Sequence record: OP114733
DNA: 64,000 bases
Source of the DNA: Escherichia phage vB_EcoM-pEB20
Reading direction: 5' to 3' (one strand)
In this document: positions 10,418 through 19,055 of the stretch, in pieces
Numbering within the stretch: position 1 is the stretch's first letter
How the letters are laid out: each line of letters starts with the position of its first letter
Notes under the pieces: model-generated
The model's input: the letters and a program-made list of their open reading frames with translations, nothing else
Told to the model about the DNA's origin: nothing
Databases searched by the model: none
Made by a program: the position numbers and the translations under genes

Positions 10418-10786
10418 ATGAAAATCAATCTGAACTCATACATCAAATGTAAAGACCACGATGGTTATAAAGCTATCGAAATTAAAGAATTCCAGTGGAT
10501 GTTATACAAAGAGCAATTTGAGTTCGTAGGTTGTATGACCCCTGAAGGTCCTTCTGATGATTTCTCTTGGAAAATTGTGTTAGCAAACTTTTTCACAGGT
10601 GACACATACGAATTAAAAACTATTATTACCGGTAAAATTCGTTCAGAAACATATGTTGACGAAGAAACTGGTTACTCTGAAGATGTTACATGGTATCAAA
10701 ATGGGCGCATTACAGCAGATAACCTGATCGAAAAAATGAAAGCCAAAGGTGTTTTAAATTTAGACAATTGGATTAAAGTTGCATAA
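10418..10786 (+). CDS. Hypothetical early protein (122 aa), paralog family member
   Basis: ORF with GGAGAA RBS; shares a CMTP-containing motif with the next ORF. Confidence 0.55.
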   Translation: MKINLNSYIKCKDHDGYKAIEIKEFQWMLYKEQFEFVGCMTPEGPSDDFSWKIVLANFFTGDTYELKTIITGKIRSETYVDEETGYSEDVTWYQNGRITADNLIEKMKAKGVLNLDNWIKVA

Positions 10787-10790
10787 AACA

Positions 10791-10819
10791 GTTTACTTTG
10801 GTACAGGTTATGTTATTAT
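10791..10819 (+). promoter_or_regulatory. T4-type early promoter (GTTTACT-N16-TATTAT) framed by a 10-bp inverted repeat
   Basis: Read directly; TGGTACAGGT and ACCTGTACCA flank the -10. Confidence 0.55.
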
Positions 10820-10860
10820 AGACCTGTACCAACAAACAACTTAAACATCTGGAGAATAAA

Positions 10861-11226
10861 ATGAACTACACCAACTTCGAACGTAAATATGTTTCTAACG
10901 GTATTGCTGGTTCTTCTGAAGTTATTTGCTTATGGAAACACGAAAACGGTACAGTTTGTGAAATCGAACAGTGCATGACTCCTAATTACGTTTATATGCG
11001 ATTTGAAAATGGTATCACGGTTTCAATCACGATGGAAGGTTCAAATTTTAAAATTGCATTAGATGATGATTTCCGTCAGCGTGATTTAGGTACTCATCCT
11101 TGCTGGAATGGTGTTAATCGTAAACTTCTGGTTAAAACTTGGATTCGTCATATCCTGAGTAACCGAGCTAAACCTGAACATCTCGAAGCAATCTTTGATG
11201 TAGTTCTTAACGAATTTGATATCTAA
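10861..11226 (+). CDS. Hypothetical early protein (121 aa), paralog family member
   Basis: ORF with GGAGAA RBS. Confidence 0.55.
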   Translation: MNYTNFERKYVSNGIAGSSEVICLWKHENGTVCEIEQCMTPNYVYMRFENGITVSITMEGSNFKIALDDDFRQRDLGTHPCWNGVNRKLLVKTWIRHILSNRAKPEHLEAIFDVVLNEFDI

Positions 11227-11233
11227 ATTAATT

Positions 11234-11249
11234 GGGAGCTTCGGCTCCC
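11234..11249 (+). terminator. Stem-loop GGGAGC-UUCG-GCUCCC without U-tract (RNA-stability or attenuator-like)
   Basis: Perfect hairpin read directly; no downstream T-run. Confidence 0.4.
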
Positions 11250-11261
11250 ACTGAGGAAATT

Positions 11262-11876
11262 ATGTTTAAAGTTAATACTTTTTATAAAATGAATTTTAAA
11301 AATGGGGATATTACTCCACGCCTTAAAAACATGTTCTCATATGACCTTATTGAGCCTTTTGAAGTTTTAGAAGTTACTGATGCCGGCTCAGTTTGTGAAA
11401 TTAGAACTTCTGAAGGTAAAATTTATCAGGCCGGTGTTGGTAAATTCAGTAATTGTTTTACTTTAATATTCTCGACCGATTTAGATGAGCATTTTATTGA
11501 ATGTCCTAACCCTAAGGTCTATGAAGTTCCACATCAAGAAACTAAGAAAAATGGACCGCACGAATATACGAAGGTTGAAACTCCTCACGGCGTGATGTGG
11601 CGACATAACTCTCCTTTTGGAAGTAAAGGAACATTTGCTCAACTGGCTAAGCCCTACGACGATGAAAAATATGTAGTAGTCCTTTTATCTGAACAGGGTA
11701 CTCAAGACCGTGGATGCCAGCGTTCCGGTTTATTGAGTGAACTCGAAGCTCATAACCTAGCACGTGAATTCGTTGAGAAAAATCCTGGTTCTGAAGCTCT
11801 AGTCATGAAAGCAATTACTCAATATATCACTGCTCAACCTGTTGTTCATCCGGTAGAAATTAATTTCATTAAGTAG
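11262..11876 (+). CDS. Hypothetical protein (204 aa from ATG at 11262)
   Basis: The tracked ORF begins at a TTG inside the hairpin; ATG at 11262 has a GAGGAAA RBS. Confidence 0.55.
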   Translation: MFKVNTFYKMNFKNGDITPRLKNMFSYDLIEPFEVLEVTDAGSVCEIRTSEGKIYQAGVGKFSNCFTLIFSTDLDEHFIECPNPKVYEVPHQETKKNGPHEYTKVETPHGVMWRHNSPFGSKGTFAQLAKPYDDEKYVVVLLSEQGTQDRGCQRSGLLSELEAHNLAREFVEKNPGSEALVMKAITQYITAQPVVHPVEINFIK

Positions 11877-11906
11877 TGTACATCCAAGGACGGATTAGAG
11901 TATAAT
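11876..11906 (+). promoter_or_regulatory. Possible early promoter variant (GTGTACA-N18-TATAAT)
   Basis: Read directly; upstream of ORF at 11931. Confidence 0.35.
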
Positions 11907-11930
11907 GATTTCTTTAGTAAGTGGAAAAAT

Positions 11931-12128
11931 ATGAAATTTTTAATAGCACAAACAGTCCAATTAAAAGGTGTTGGAATCCCTGGGATGATTTTTAAAGTTC
12001 TCAACGAATTTAAAACTGCCGCTGGAATTATCAATGAAGCGTATGCTGTTCAATGGGTTGATGGGACTTCTGACATACGTATGGGTAAAGAGTTATCTCC
12101 TATTAAAGGGTTGAAACATGTTGAATAA
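11931..12128 (+). CDS. Hypothetical protein (65 aa)
   Basis: ORF. Confidence 0.45.
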   Translation: MKFLIAQTVQLKGVGIPGMIFKVLNEFKTAAGIINEAYAVQWVDGTSDIRMGKELSPIKGLKHVE

Positions 12129-12336
12129 ATTAATCCAGAAATTGTTTGGTACGGAAATGATTGAAGTTACTTATCGTGTAACCGACGTTTTTCCATATTA
12201 CGCGGAAAACCGTTTAGAACCATACGTTACGTCAATTAAAATGCCTAAAAATGACAGAAATTTATCTATCGAAGACCGTATACCTGGATACGGACATTGG
12301 GCTGATGTTGAAATTATAAGTGTTAAAGATGTCTGA
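12118..12336 (+). CDS. Hypothetical protein (72 aa)
   Basis: ORF. Confidence 0.45.
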   Translation: MLNKLIQKLFGTEMIEVTYRVTDVFPYYAENRLEPYVTSIKMPKNDRNLSIEDRIPGYGHWADVEIISVKDV

Positions 12337-12787
12337 ATTAGAAATAAGAAGTAATTTCAAATGGCCGTCATGTGCATTAAGTAACTTTGCTCAATGGCCT
12401 TTTGTTATGGATGGTATTCAATTCGGAGGTCTTGAAGGATTTCTCCAAGGATGTAAGGTGAAAAATGTTGAACAACAAAGACGTATATTTGGGTTGTCTG
12501 GATTGGCTGCACAGCAAGCTGGAAGGTCTTACGCAAGAGCTCAGGACCGTGGGACTCTCTTCTGGTTAGGAGTTCCATTTTCAAGATACTCTGAAGCGTG
12601 GAAAGAATTATACACAAATGCATATTTTGAAGCCGCGATCCAAAACAAGGGGTTTCGTGATGCCTTACAAGCCTCTAAAGGAAAAATTTTGAAGCACAGC
12701 ATGGCCAGCCACCTAACAAAAGATGATACAATACTAACTGAAGCTGAATTTATTGATGTGTTAAACCTATTAAGAGACTCTTTATGA
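12320..12787 (+). CDS. NADAR / YbiA-like (DUF1768) domain protein
   Basis: 155 aa; motif SNFAQWPF..DGIQFGGLEGFLQGCKV parallels recalled E. coli YbiA FSNFAAWPIKVDGKTWPTSEHYFQAQKF. Confidence 0.55.
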   Translation: MLKMSELEIRSNFKWPSCALSNFAQWPFVMDGIQFGGLEGFLQGCKVKNVEQQRRIFGLSGLAAQQAGRSYARAQDRGTLFWLGVPFSRYSEAWKELYTNAYFEAAIQNKGFRDALQASKGKILKHSMASHLTKDDTILTEAEFIDVLNLLRDSL

Positions 12788-13608
12788 AGCCTACTATTTT
12801 GACTGATATTGATGGTGTATGTTTAAGCTGGCAATCTGGACTTCCTTATTTTGCCCAAAAATATAATCTTCCATTAGAACATATTTTAAAAATGATTCAG
12901 GACGAAAAATTTATTTCTCCTGGTAAACTATTCAATACCGACGATAACCTCGGTAAACAATTAATAGAAAAATATAATCGCTCTGATTTTATTCGTTACT
13001 TAGCGCCTTATTCGGATGCTCTTCGAGTTATCAATAAACTAAAAGAAGACTATAATTTTGTAGCCGTGACGGCGCTAGGTGATTCAATTGATGCTCGATT
13101 GAATAGACAATTTAATTTGAATGCTTTGTTCCCAGGCGCTTTCTCTGAAGTAATGATGTGTGGTCATGATTCTTCAAAGGAACAATTATTTGAACTAGCT
13201 AAAACAAAATATAACGTGATTTGTTACGTTGACGATTTAGCTCATCACTGTGACCATGCGGCAGAAATTCTTAATGTACCGATTTATTGGTTGGCTCGTG
13301 GTGAGCGTGATGCCATTCCTCGTACTGCACAACGTGTACACACGTGGGATGATATTGAATCTCGTTTGGTTCTGCCTAAGAATAATTCAGATTCAGATCG
13401 TGAAGACCTTTTAAAACGATTGGCGGATTTGCTTAAAGAATCTGGTGCAACAAGTCCAGGTGCATGGCCTAATCAAATTGGTGGCCCCTCGACAACACGT
13501 ACTCCATATACCTGGCGAACCCCAGGACCAACTGATATGCAGCCGTGGTGGACGATTCAAAACTTTCCTTTAGATTCGTCTAAATGGACTTGGTCTATAA
13601 ATTGTTAA
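12784..13608 (+). CDS. HAD-superfamily hydrolase-like protein (nucleotidase-like) with Trp/Pro/Thr-rich C-terminal tail
   Basis: 274 aa; HAD motif I LTDIDGV at N-terminus and DD motif (YVDDLAHH); C-terminal ~50 aa of low complexity. Confidence 0.5.
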   Translation: MKPTILTDIDGVCLSWQSGLPYFAQKYNLPLEHILKMIQDEKFISPGKLFNTDDNLGKQLIEKYNRSDFIRYLAPYSDALRVINKLKEDYNFVAVTALGDSIDARLNRQFNLNALFPGAFSEVMMCGHDSSKEQLFELAKTKYNVICYVDDLAHHCDHAAEILNVPIYWLARGERDAIPRTAQRVHTWDDIESRLVLPKNNSDSDREDLLKRLADLLKESGATSPGAWPNQIGGPSTTRTPYTWRTPGPTDMQPWWTIQNFPLDSSKWTWSINC

Positions 13609-13617
13609 GGGATAATT

Positions 13618-13887
13618 ATGTTTGTAGTTCATGATATTACAGATGGCAAAAACACAACGCGTGACTACGGTCACGTTAACATGTTCTTTCGAGACTGGCC
13701 ATTGTTTCGTTCAGTAAAAGACGCAGAAATATTTAAAGAGTGTGTTGAACAAGGGTTCATCTACATTTCAGAATATTATGTTGAAGGACTCGGTAAATGG
13801 ATTACCACTTATCAGAAAACGCTGAAATCGCTTCTAGATGAAGTGGCTTATAATAGAACCGTAACCAAAATTGAGGACATCAAATGA
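13618..13887 (+). CDS. Hypothetical protein (89 aa)
   Basis: ORF immediately upstream of ligase. Confidence 0.5.
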   Translation: MFVVHDITDGKNTTRDYGHVNMFFRDWPLFRSVKDAEIFKECVEQGFIYISEYYVEGLGKWITTYQKTLKSLLDEVAYNRTVTKIEDIK

Positions 13888-15377
13888 TTTTAGATATTTT
13901 AAACCAAATAGCTGCGATCGGTTCTACTAAAACAAAACAAGAAATCCTTAAGAAAAATAAGGACAACAAATTACTTGAACGTGTGTATCGTTTAACATAT
14001 GCACGTGGTATCCAGTATTATATTAAGAAATGGCCAGGACCAGGTGAAAGGTCCCAAGCATATGGTCTTCTTGAATTAGATGACATGTTGGATTTTATTG
14101 AGTTCACATTAGCCACTCGTAAACTCACTGGTAATGCTGCAATTAAAGAGCTCATGGGTTATATCGCTGACGGTAAACCTGATGATGTAGAAGTCCTTCG
14201 TCGTGTAATGATGCGCGACCTTGAAGTAGGTGCTTCAGTGTCTATCGCGAATAAGGTGTGGCCTGGACTTATTCAATTGCAACCACAGATGTTAGCATCT
14301 GCATATGACGAGAAATTGATTACTAAAAATATTAAATGGCCTGCATTTGCTCAATTAAAAGCCGATGGTGCTCGTTGTTTCGCTGAAGTTCGCGATGATG
14401 GTGTTCAATTCTTTTCTCGTGCCGGTAATGAATACCATGGTCTTACTCTATTAGCGGATGAACTAATGGAAATGACTAAAGAAGCTCGTGAAAGACACCC
14501 TAATGGGGTTTTAATCGACGGTGAATTAGTTTATCATTCATTCGATATTAAAAAGGCTGTGAGCTCAGGAAATGACCTGTCGTTCTTATTTGGTGATAAT
14601 GAAGAATCCGAAGAAGTACAGGTTGCAGACCGTAGCACTTCAAATGGTTTAGCAAATAAATCTCTTCAAGGGACTATTTCTCCTAAAGAAGCGGAAGGTA
14701 TGGTTCTTCAAGCCTGGGACTATGTTCCTTTAGATGAAGTCTATTCTGACGGCAAAATTAAAGGTCAGAAATACGATGTTCGTTTTGCTGCTCTTGAAAA
14801 TATGGCTGAAGGCTTTAAACGAATTGAGCCAATTGAAAATCAGTTAGTTCGTAATCTTGACGAAGCTAAAGTGGTTTATAAAAAATATGTTGACCAAGGT
14901 CTTGAAGGTATTATCCTTAAAAACCGTGATTCATATTGGGAAAACAAACGTTCTAAGAACCTAATTAAATTTAAAGAAGTTATTGATATCGCTTTAGAAG
15001 TTGTAGGATACTATGAACACTCTAAAGACCCTAACAAATTAGGTGGTGTCGAACTCGTATCACGTTGTCGTCGTATTACAACCGACTGTGGTTCAGGGTT
15101 TAAAGATACAACTCATAAAACAGTTGACGGTGTAAAGGTTCTTATTCCTTTAGACGAGCGTCATGATTTAGACCGTGAACGATTAATGACCGAAGCTCGT
15201 GAAGGTAAATTAATTGGACGTATCGCTGATTGTGAATGTAATGGTTGGGTTCATTCTAAAGGCCGTGAAGGTACTGTAGGTATTTTCCTTCCAATTATTA
15301 AAGGGTTCCGTTTTGATAAAACAGAAGCGGATTCATTTGAAGACGTATTTGGACCGTGGTCCCAGACAGGTTTATAA
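13884..15377 (+). CDS. 30: ATP-dependent DNA ligase
   Basis: 497 aa; matches recalled T4 DNA ligase along its length (MIL.ILN.IA.IGSTK.KQ.IL.KNKDN.LL.RVYRLTY.RG.QYYIKKWP...). Confidence 0.92.
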   Translation: MILDILNQIAAIGSTKTKQEILKKNKDNKLLERVYRLTYARGIQYYIKKWPGPGERSQAYGLLELDDMLDFIEFTLATRKLTGNAAIKELMGYIADGKPDDVEVLRRVMMRDLEVGASVSIANKVWPGLIQLQPQMLASAYDEKLITKNIKWPAFAQLKADGARCFAEVRDDGVQFFSRAGNEYHGLTLLADELMEMTKEARERHPNGVLIDGELVYHSFDIKKAVSSGNDLSFLFGDNEESEEVQVADRSTSNGLANKSLQGTISPKEAEGMVLQAWDYVPLDEVYSDGKIKGQKYDVRFAALENMAEGFKRIEPIENQLVRNLDEAKVVYKKYVDQGLEGIILKNRDSYWENKRSKNLIKFKEVIDIALEVVGYYEHSKDPNKLGGVELVSRCRRITTDCGSGFKDTTHKTVDGVKVLIPLDERHDLDRERLMTEAREGKLIGRIADCECNGWVHSKGREGTVGIFLPIIKGFRFDKTEADSFEDVFGPWSQTGL

Positions 15378-15565
15378 TGAAAGCTTATTTAGAAACAGTA
15401 ATTGTCGCTAATAAAGATGGTGGCGATGTTTCCACCTCTTGTTCCCAAATTGTATTAGATTTTCCTAATAACGATTCCTATCATATTTTTATGGACAATT
15501 TTGATAAGTACGAAAAAGGCCCTAATTTTGAAGTTTATCGTACTTTGCTCCCGATTGTGGATTAA
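15377..15565 (+). CDS. Hypothetical protein (62 aa)
   Basis: ATG overlapping ligase stop (TAATG). Confidence 0.45.
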   Translation: MKAYLETVIVANKDGGDVSTSCSQIVLDFPNNDSYHIFMDNFDKYEKGPNFEVYRTLLPIVD

Positions 15566-15586
15566 GAGCCTTCGGGCTCTTTTTGG
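15566..15586 (+). terminator. Intrinsic terminator GAGCC-UUCG-GGCUC + UUUUU
   Basis: Hairpin plus T-run read directly. Confidence 0.7.
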
Positions 15587-15620
15587 CATAAATATAAATT
15601 ATTACTAAAAGGAAAACACT

Positions 15621-17708
15621 ATGTCTGAACAATTAAATGAAGTGTTTGAATCTGAAGGCAGTCTTCCTGTCGTCAATTTGAACCCTAAAGCTAAAGTTCC
15701 ACAAGTCTGGAAAATTGGTGATATCGATACAAATATTGTAGTTCGTTTATTCTCTTACCTTTCCGAAGGCGATGCTGTAAAACAAGTTAAACTCGGCGAC
15801 AAATACGCTCATGTTGTTATTATGAGTCTGTCTGAAAAGGGTAATCTCGCTGAATTGAAAAATGGCCTTGGTCCTGCTCCTATTGATGCAATCAACACCA
15901 TTTTCAATACAGTATATGAACAAGTTAAAGCTCTTCGTATGGATGCAGTTCTGTTCCGATTCCCTACCAAGAAATTGAAAGGACGTGGACAACAGCTTCA
16001 AACTCTTCTTGCTCGTTTAGTTTCTACTAAAACTGGTGGTCGTTTTAAAGTATTGTCGGCAATGTATCAATTCACAGGTAAACACACCTATGTGATGATG
16101 GTTCGTAAAAATGCCAACATTGAAGATATTAAAGGCATCCCTAACATTAACACAGAGTTGTACACGAAAGTAGATTCTGATGTTGGCGAAGTTTATGTGA
16201 GTAAAAAGACCGGCGAAACGGTCACCAAAGAAACGGCTATCGCTGGTTCTATTGCTGCTGTAGAAGAAAAACGTAAAGATAAGCCTGTTATTGCTCGTAC
16301 TAAAATTTCTCGTCGTGCTATTGCAGCAAGTCAATCTTTAGAAGCTGACCGACAAGAAGGTGAGTTATTCCAGAAATACGAAAATTCTGCTAAAGAAGTT
16401 AGTGGCCCAGCTACAGCCGAATTACTTCCTGAAGCATATGAAATCGTACTAGCCCAAGCATCATCCACAGCAAAAGGCACTTTAGTTGCTGATATCGAAA
16501 ATAAGATTTATAATCGTATTGATGAATCCTTTAGATTTGCTGATGAAGTTTCTTATGGTAGTGTTATTAAACCAACTTTAGAAAAGTTTGCTAAGAAAAT
16601 TAAAACTGAAAAAACAACATCTGTTAAAGCATTAGCTGCTTTTGTTGAAGCTGCAAATGAAATTGCAGACTCTATTAAAGACGAATGGTTTGAAGATTTT
16701 AGACGTGATAATTTCCAACTGGCCGACGATGTTTTAGCTGAAGTATCTGAAAAAACTTGGAAACAACGTAAATCAGCGTTCTTGTCTAATGTGATGTATA
16801 CTTATGCACGAGAATCGGCTAGAGGCACCTTTAATATAACAATGAATCGGGTCCCTCAACAATACTCTGTTGCTGAAAAACGAGCTATTCGTGAATATGC
16901 CTCTTCTGCGTATACCGATATCAATAATATGTTGTTAGGTCGTTATAAACCAGATTTTTACGATGTTGCAGATGAAGATGAAGTTAAACGCGCTATCGAT
17001 GGTCTTGATTCGGCGTTTTTAAATGGAGACCGTTTACCTGAAGGACTAACGTTATATAGAGCTCAGTCTATCAGAATGCCTATTTACGAAGCAATGGTTA
17101 AAAATAAGGTATTCTACTTCAGAAACTATGTTTCCACTTCACTAGCTCCTATTATTTTCGGTGGGTTTAAAGAGAACGTTGCCCTTGGACTTGCTCCTGA
17201 AGAAGTTCGCAAAGAGCTTAACATTGACAATAATGATGAAGGTGTTACTATTTCTCCTAGCCTGGTGCGTACCGCTATGCATGCGCCAGAACAAATTCGT
17301 GTTAATGTTGGATGGGCTATTGATGGCGCCCATAAAGTTAACGTGATTTATCCGGGACAGTTGAGTAATCACCCTAATGAGCAAGAAATTATTTTGCCTA
17401 GAGGCATTCTCTTGCAGATAAATAAAATTACAGATGCGTCATCTGACACTGGTGCAGGTTTAGAATCCAACCTTAAATTTATTCAAGCTGAAGTCATGTC
17501 CTCGGACCAGTTGGATGAAGCCGTCATTTACGATGGTGATGTTCTCATGGAAACAGGCGAGGTGGTTGCTATGACGGGTGAAATCGAATCAGATGAGCCG
17601 GTATCTTTTGCCTCATTTGTAGAAAAAACTAGTGCACCTAAAGGTTTGAAATTGTTAGCATCTTTAATGGATTTAGAATCAGTTCCGTTTAAATTTGTCC
17701 AAGGATAG
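15621..17708 (+). CDS. alt: ADP-ribosyltransferase Alt (packaged, modifies host RNA polymerase)
   Basis: 695 aa; similar to recalled T4 Alt; expected position between gene 30 and gene 54. Confidence 0.85.
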   Translation: MSEQLNEVFESEGSLPVVNLNPKAKVPQVWKIGDIDTNIVVRLFSYLSEGDAVKQVKLGDKYAHVVIMSLSEKGNLAELKNGLGPAPIDAINTIFNTVYEQVKALRMDAVLFRFPTKKLKGRGQQLQTLLARLVSTKTGGRFKVLSAMYQFTGKHTYVMMVRKNANIEDIKGIPNINTELYTKVDSDVGEVYVSKKTGETVTKETAIAGSIAAVEEKRKDKPVIARTKISRRAIAASQSLEADRQEGELFQKYENSAKEVSGPATAELLPEAYEIVLAQASSTAKGTLVADIENKIYNRIDESFRFADEVSYGSVIKPTLEKFAKKIKTEKTTSVKALAAFVEAANEIADSIKDEWFEDFRRDNFQLADDVLAEVSEKTWKQRKSAFLSNVMYTYARESARGTFNITMNRVPQQYSVAEKRAIREYASSAYTDINNMLLGRYKPDFYDVADEDEVKRAIDGLDSAFLNGDRLPEGLTLYRAQSIRMPIYEAMVKNKVFYFRNYVSTSLAPIIFGGFKENVALGLAPEEVRKELNIDNNDEGVTISPSLVRTAMHAPEQIRVNVGWAIDGAHKVNVIYPGQLSNHPNEQEIILPRGILLQINKITDASSDTGAGLESNLKFIQAEVMSSDQLDEAVIYDGDVLMETGEVVAMTGEIESDEPVSFASFVEKTSAPKGLKLLASLMDLESVPFKFVQG

Positions 17709-17737
17709 TTTACAAACACATGGATGTGTGATACTAT
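17708..17737 (+). promoter_or_regulatory. T4-type early promoter (GTTTACA-N17-TACTAT)
   Basis: Read directly at the alt stop. Confidence 0.6.
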
Positions 17738-17766
17738 CATCCCATCAACAACATGAGGAAAACGTT

Positions 17767-18060
17767 ATGAAATCTATGCTTCGCTTTAATGGTCAAGAAC
17801 TAGTAGTTGAAGATGCTATCCCAGCGGATGATGTTTTTAACGAAGCTGTGATTGACGAATTGAATCGAGTATTCCCAGGTGCATTCCATATTGCTATGGA
17901 ACCTCTTAAAAACTTTCGTGACCCTGAGCACACTGATCAAATTTTTATCGGTGTGGTGACAGGTCATTTAGAAACAGAGGTACCAATGGTCGTATTAGTT
18001 AAATACTCTAAAGATGATACTCCATTCCGAGCACCAGCATTCCTTTCATTCCGTAAATAA
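17767..18060 (+). CDS. Hypothetical protein (97 aa from ATG at 17767)
   Basis: Internal ATG with GAGGAAAA RBS downstream of early promoter. Confidence 0.5.
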   Translation: MKSMLRFNGQELVVEDAIPADDVFNEAVIDELNRVFPGAFHIAMEPLKNFRDPEHTDQIFIGVVTGHLETEVPMVVLVKYSKDDTPFRAPAFLSFRK

Positions 18061-18066
18061 ACCCCT

Positions 18067-18091
18067 AAAGGGAGACGTTGTCTCCCTTTTT
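18067..18091. terminator. Bidirectional terminator AAA-GGGAGAC-GUU-GUCUCCC-UUUUU between convergent genes
   Basis: Hairpin flanked by A-run and T-run. Confidence 0.7.
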
Positions 18092-18092
18092 C

Positions 18093-19055
18093 TTATAGTC
18101 CTAAAACTCTTGACGCAGAATTCACAACACCTGTCAATGTGTTTATATTAGACACACCACCAGCAGTCCCACCTAATCTAGAAAGTCTTGATACTGCACT
18201 TCCTAGGCCAGAATCATTCTGATTATTTCCAAACATTCCTGAAACACTACTAATAAGTCCTGATTCCAGCCATTCTAAAGCAGCCTGTCTATTTACAGCA
18301 CCTGATTGCATAACGCGATAAGCAAATGTTACATCAAAAACTGTTATCTGATTATCACCATCATACGTTAACTCAGGAGAAGAGACACTAACAGGAATAC
18401 ATCCGGTGAACATGACAGCGGTATGTGGTAAACCATTTCGCGCATGTAAATTAACCTGAATATCTGCTTCGACGTCTTGTGGTAAAGCGCGAAGACCCGT
18501 TACAGGGTCTTGGACCGAGTTTACCCAGTCTTGCATTGCTCTAAAGTTAGATGCTTCAGAATCCATTCTAAAGCTTATTACTAACGGGTCCATTTCACGG
18601 CCGGTAATTCGGATGTTCGGGGAGTTATAGTTGAAATCCGTTTCGTAAGATAATCGGTTCTCAGGCATTTTTACAGAATAAATCATTAAACCTGTATTAT
18701 TATATGCCATATTGAAGAAGTCTATCAGATAAGCTCCTACTGTGAACTCACCTAACAAGCTTTGTACCGTACGTTGACTCATTGCTCCAATCAGATATTT
18801 ACTTATACCTGATTTTCGAATTAATTTCTGTGTTCCTGCTGTAATCAGGGTTGTTACGCCCTGATTGATATCACCTTGAGTCAATCCTAGCCAATCGGAA
18901 TCCAACCCTAAGTTATTATAAGCAAAACTACCAATTGACGAAATTAGTGAAGACGATTTGGTTGATGGCGTAGTAGCAAATACACAACTAAACATATTGT
19001 TTCGTTGGAAATCCGCATTTATAGCTTGGTTATTAAATTCTTCTAAAGAGTACAT
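18093..19055 (-). CDS. 54: Baseplate tail tube initiator gp54
   Basis: 320 aa; N-terminus matches recalled T4 gp54 (MYSLEEFNNQAINADFQRNNMFSCVFATTPSTKSS). Confidence 0.9.
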   Translation of the reverse strand: MYSLEEFNNQAINADFQRNNMFSCVFATTPSTKSSSLISSIGSFAYNNLGLDSDWLGLTQGDINQGVTTLITAGTQKLIRKSGISKYLIGAMSQRTVQSLLGEFTVGAYLIDFFNMAYNNTGLMIYSVKMPENRLSYETDFNYNSPNIRITGREMDPLVISFRMDSEASNFRAMQDWVNSVQDPVTGLRALPQDVEADIQVNLHARNGLPHTAVMFTGCIPVSVSSPELTYDGDNQITVFDVTFAYRVMQSGAVNRQAALEWLESGLISSVSGMFGNNQNDSGLGSAVSRLSRLGGTAGGVSNINTLTGVVNSASRVLGL

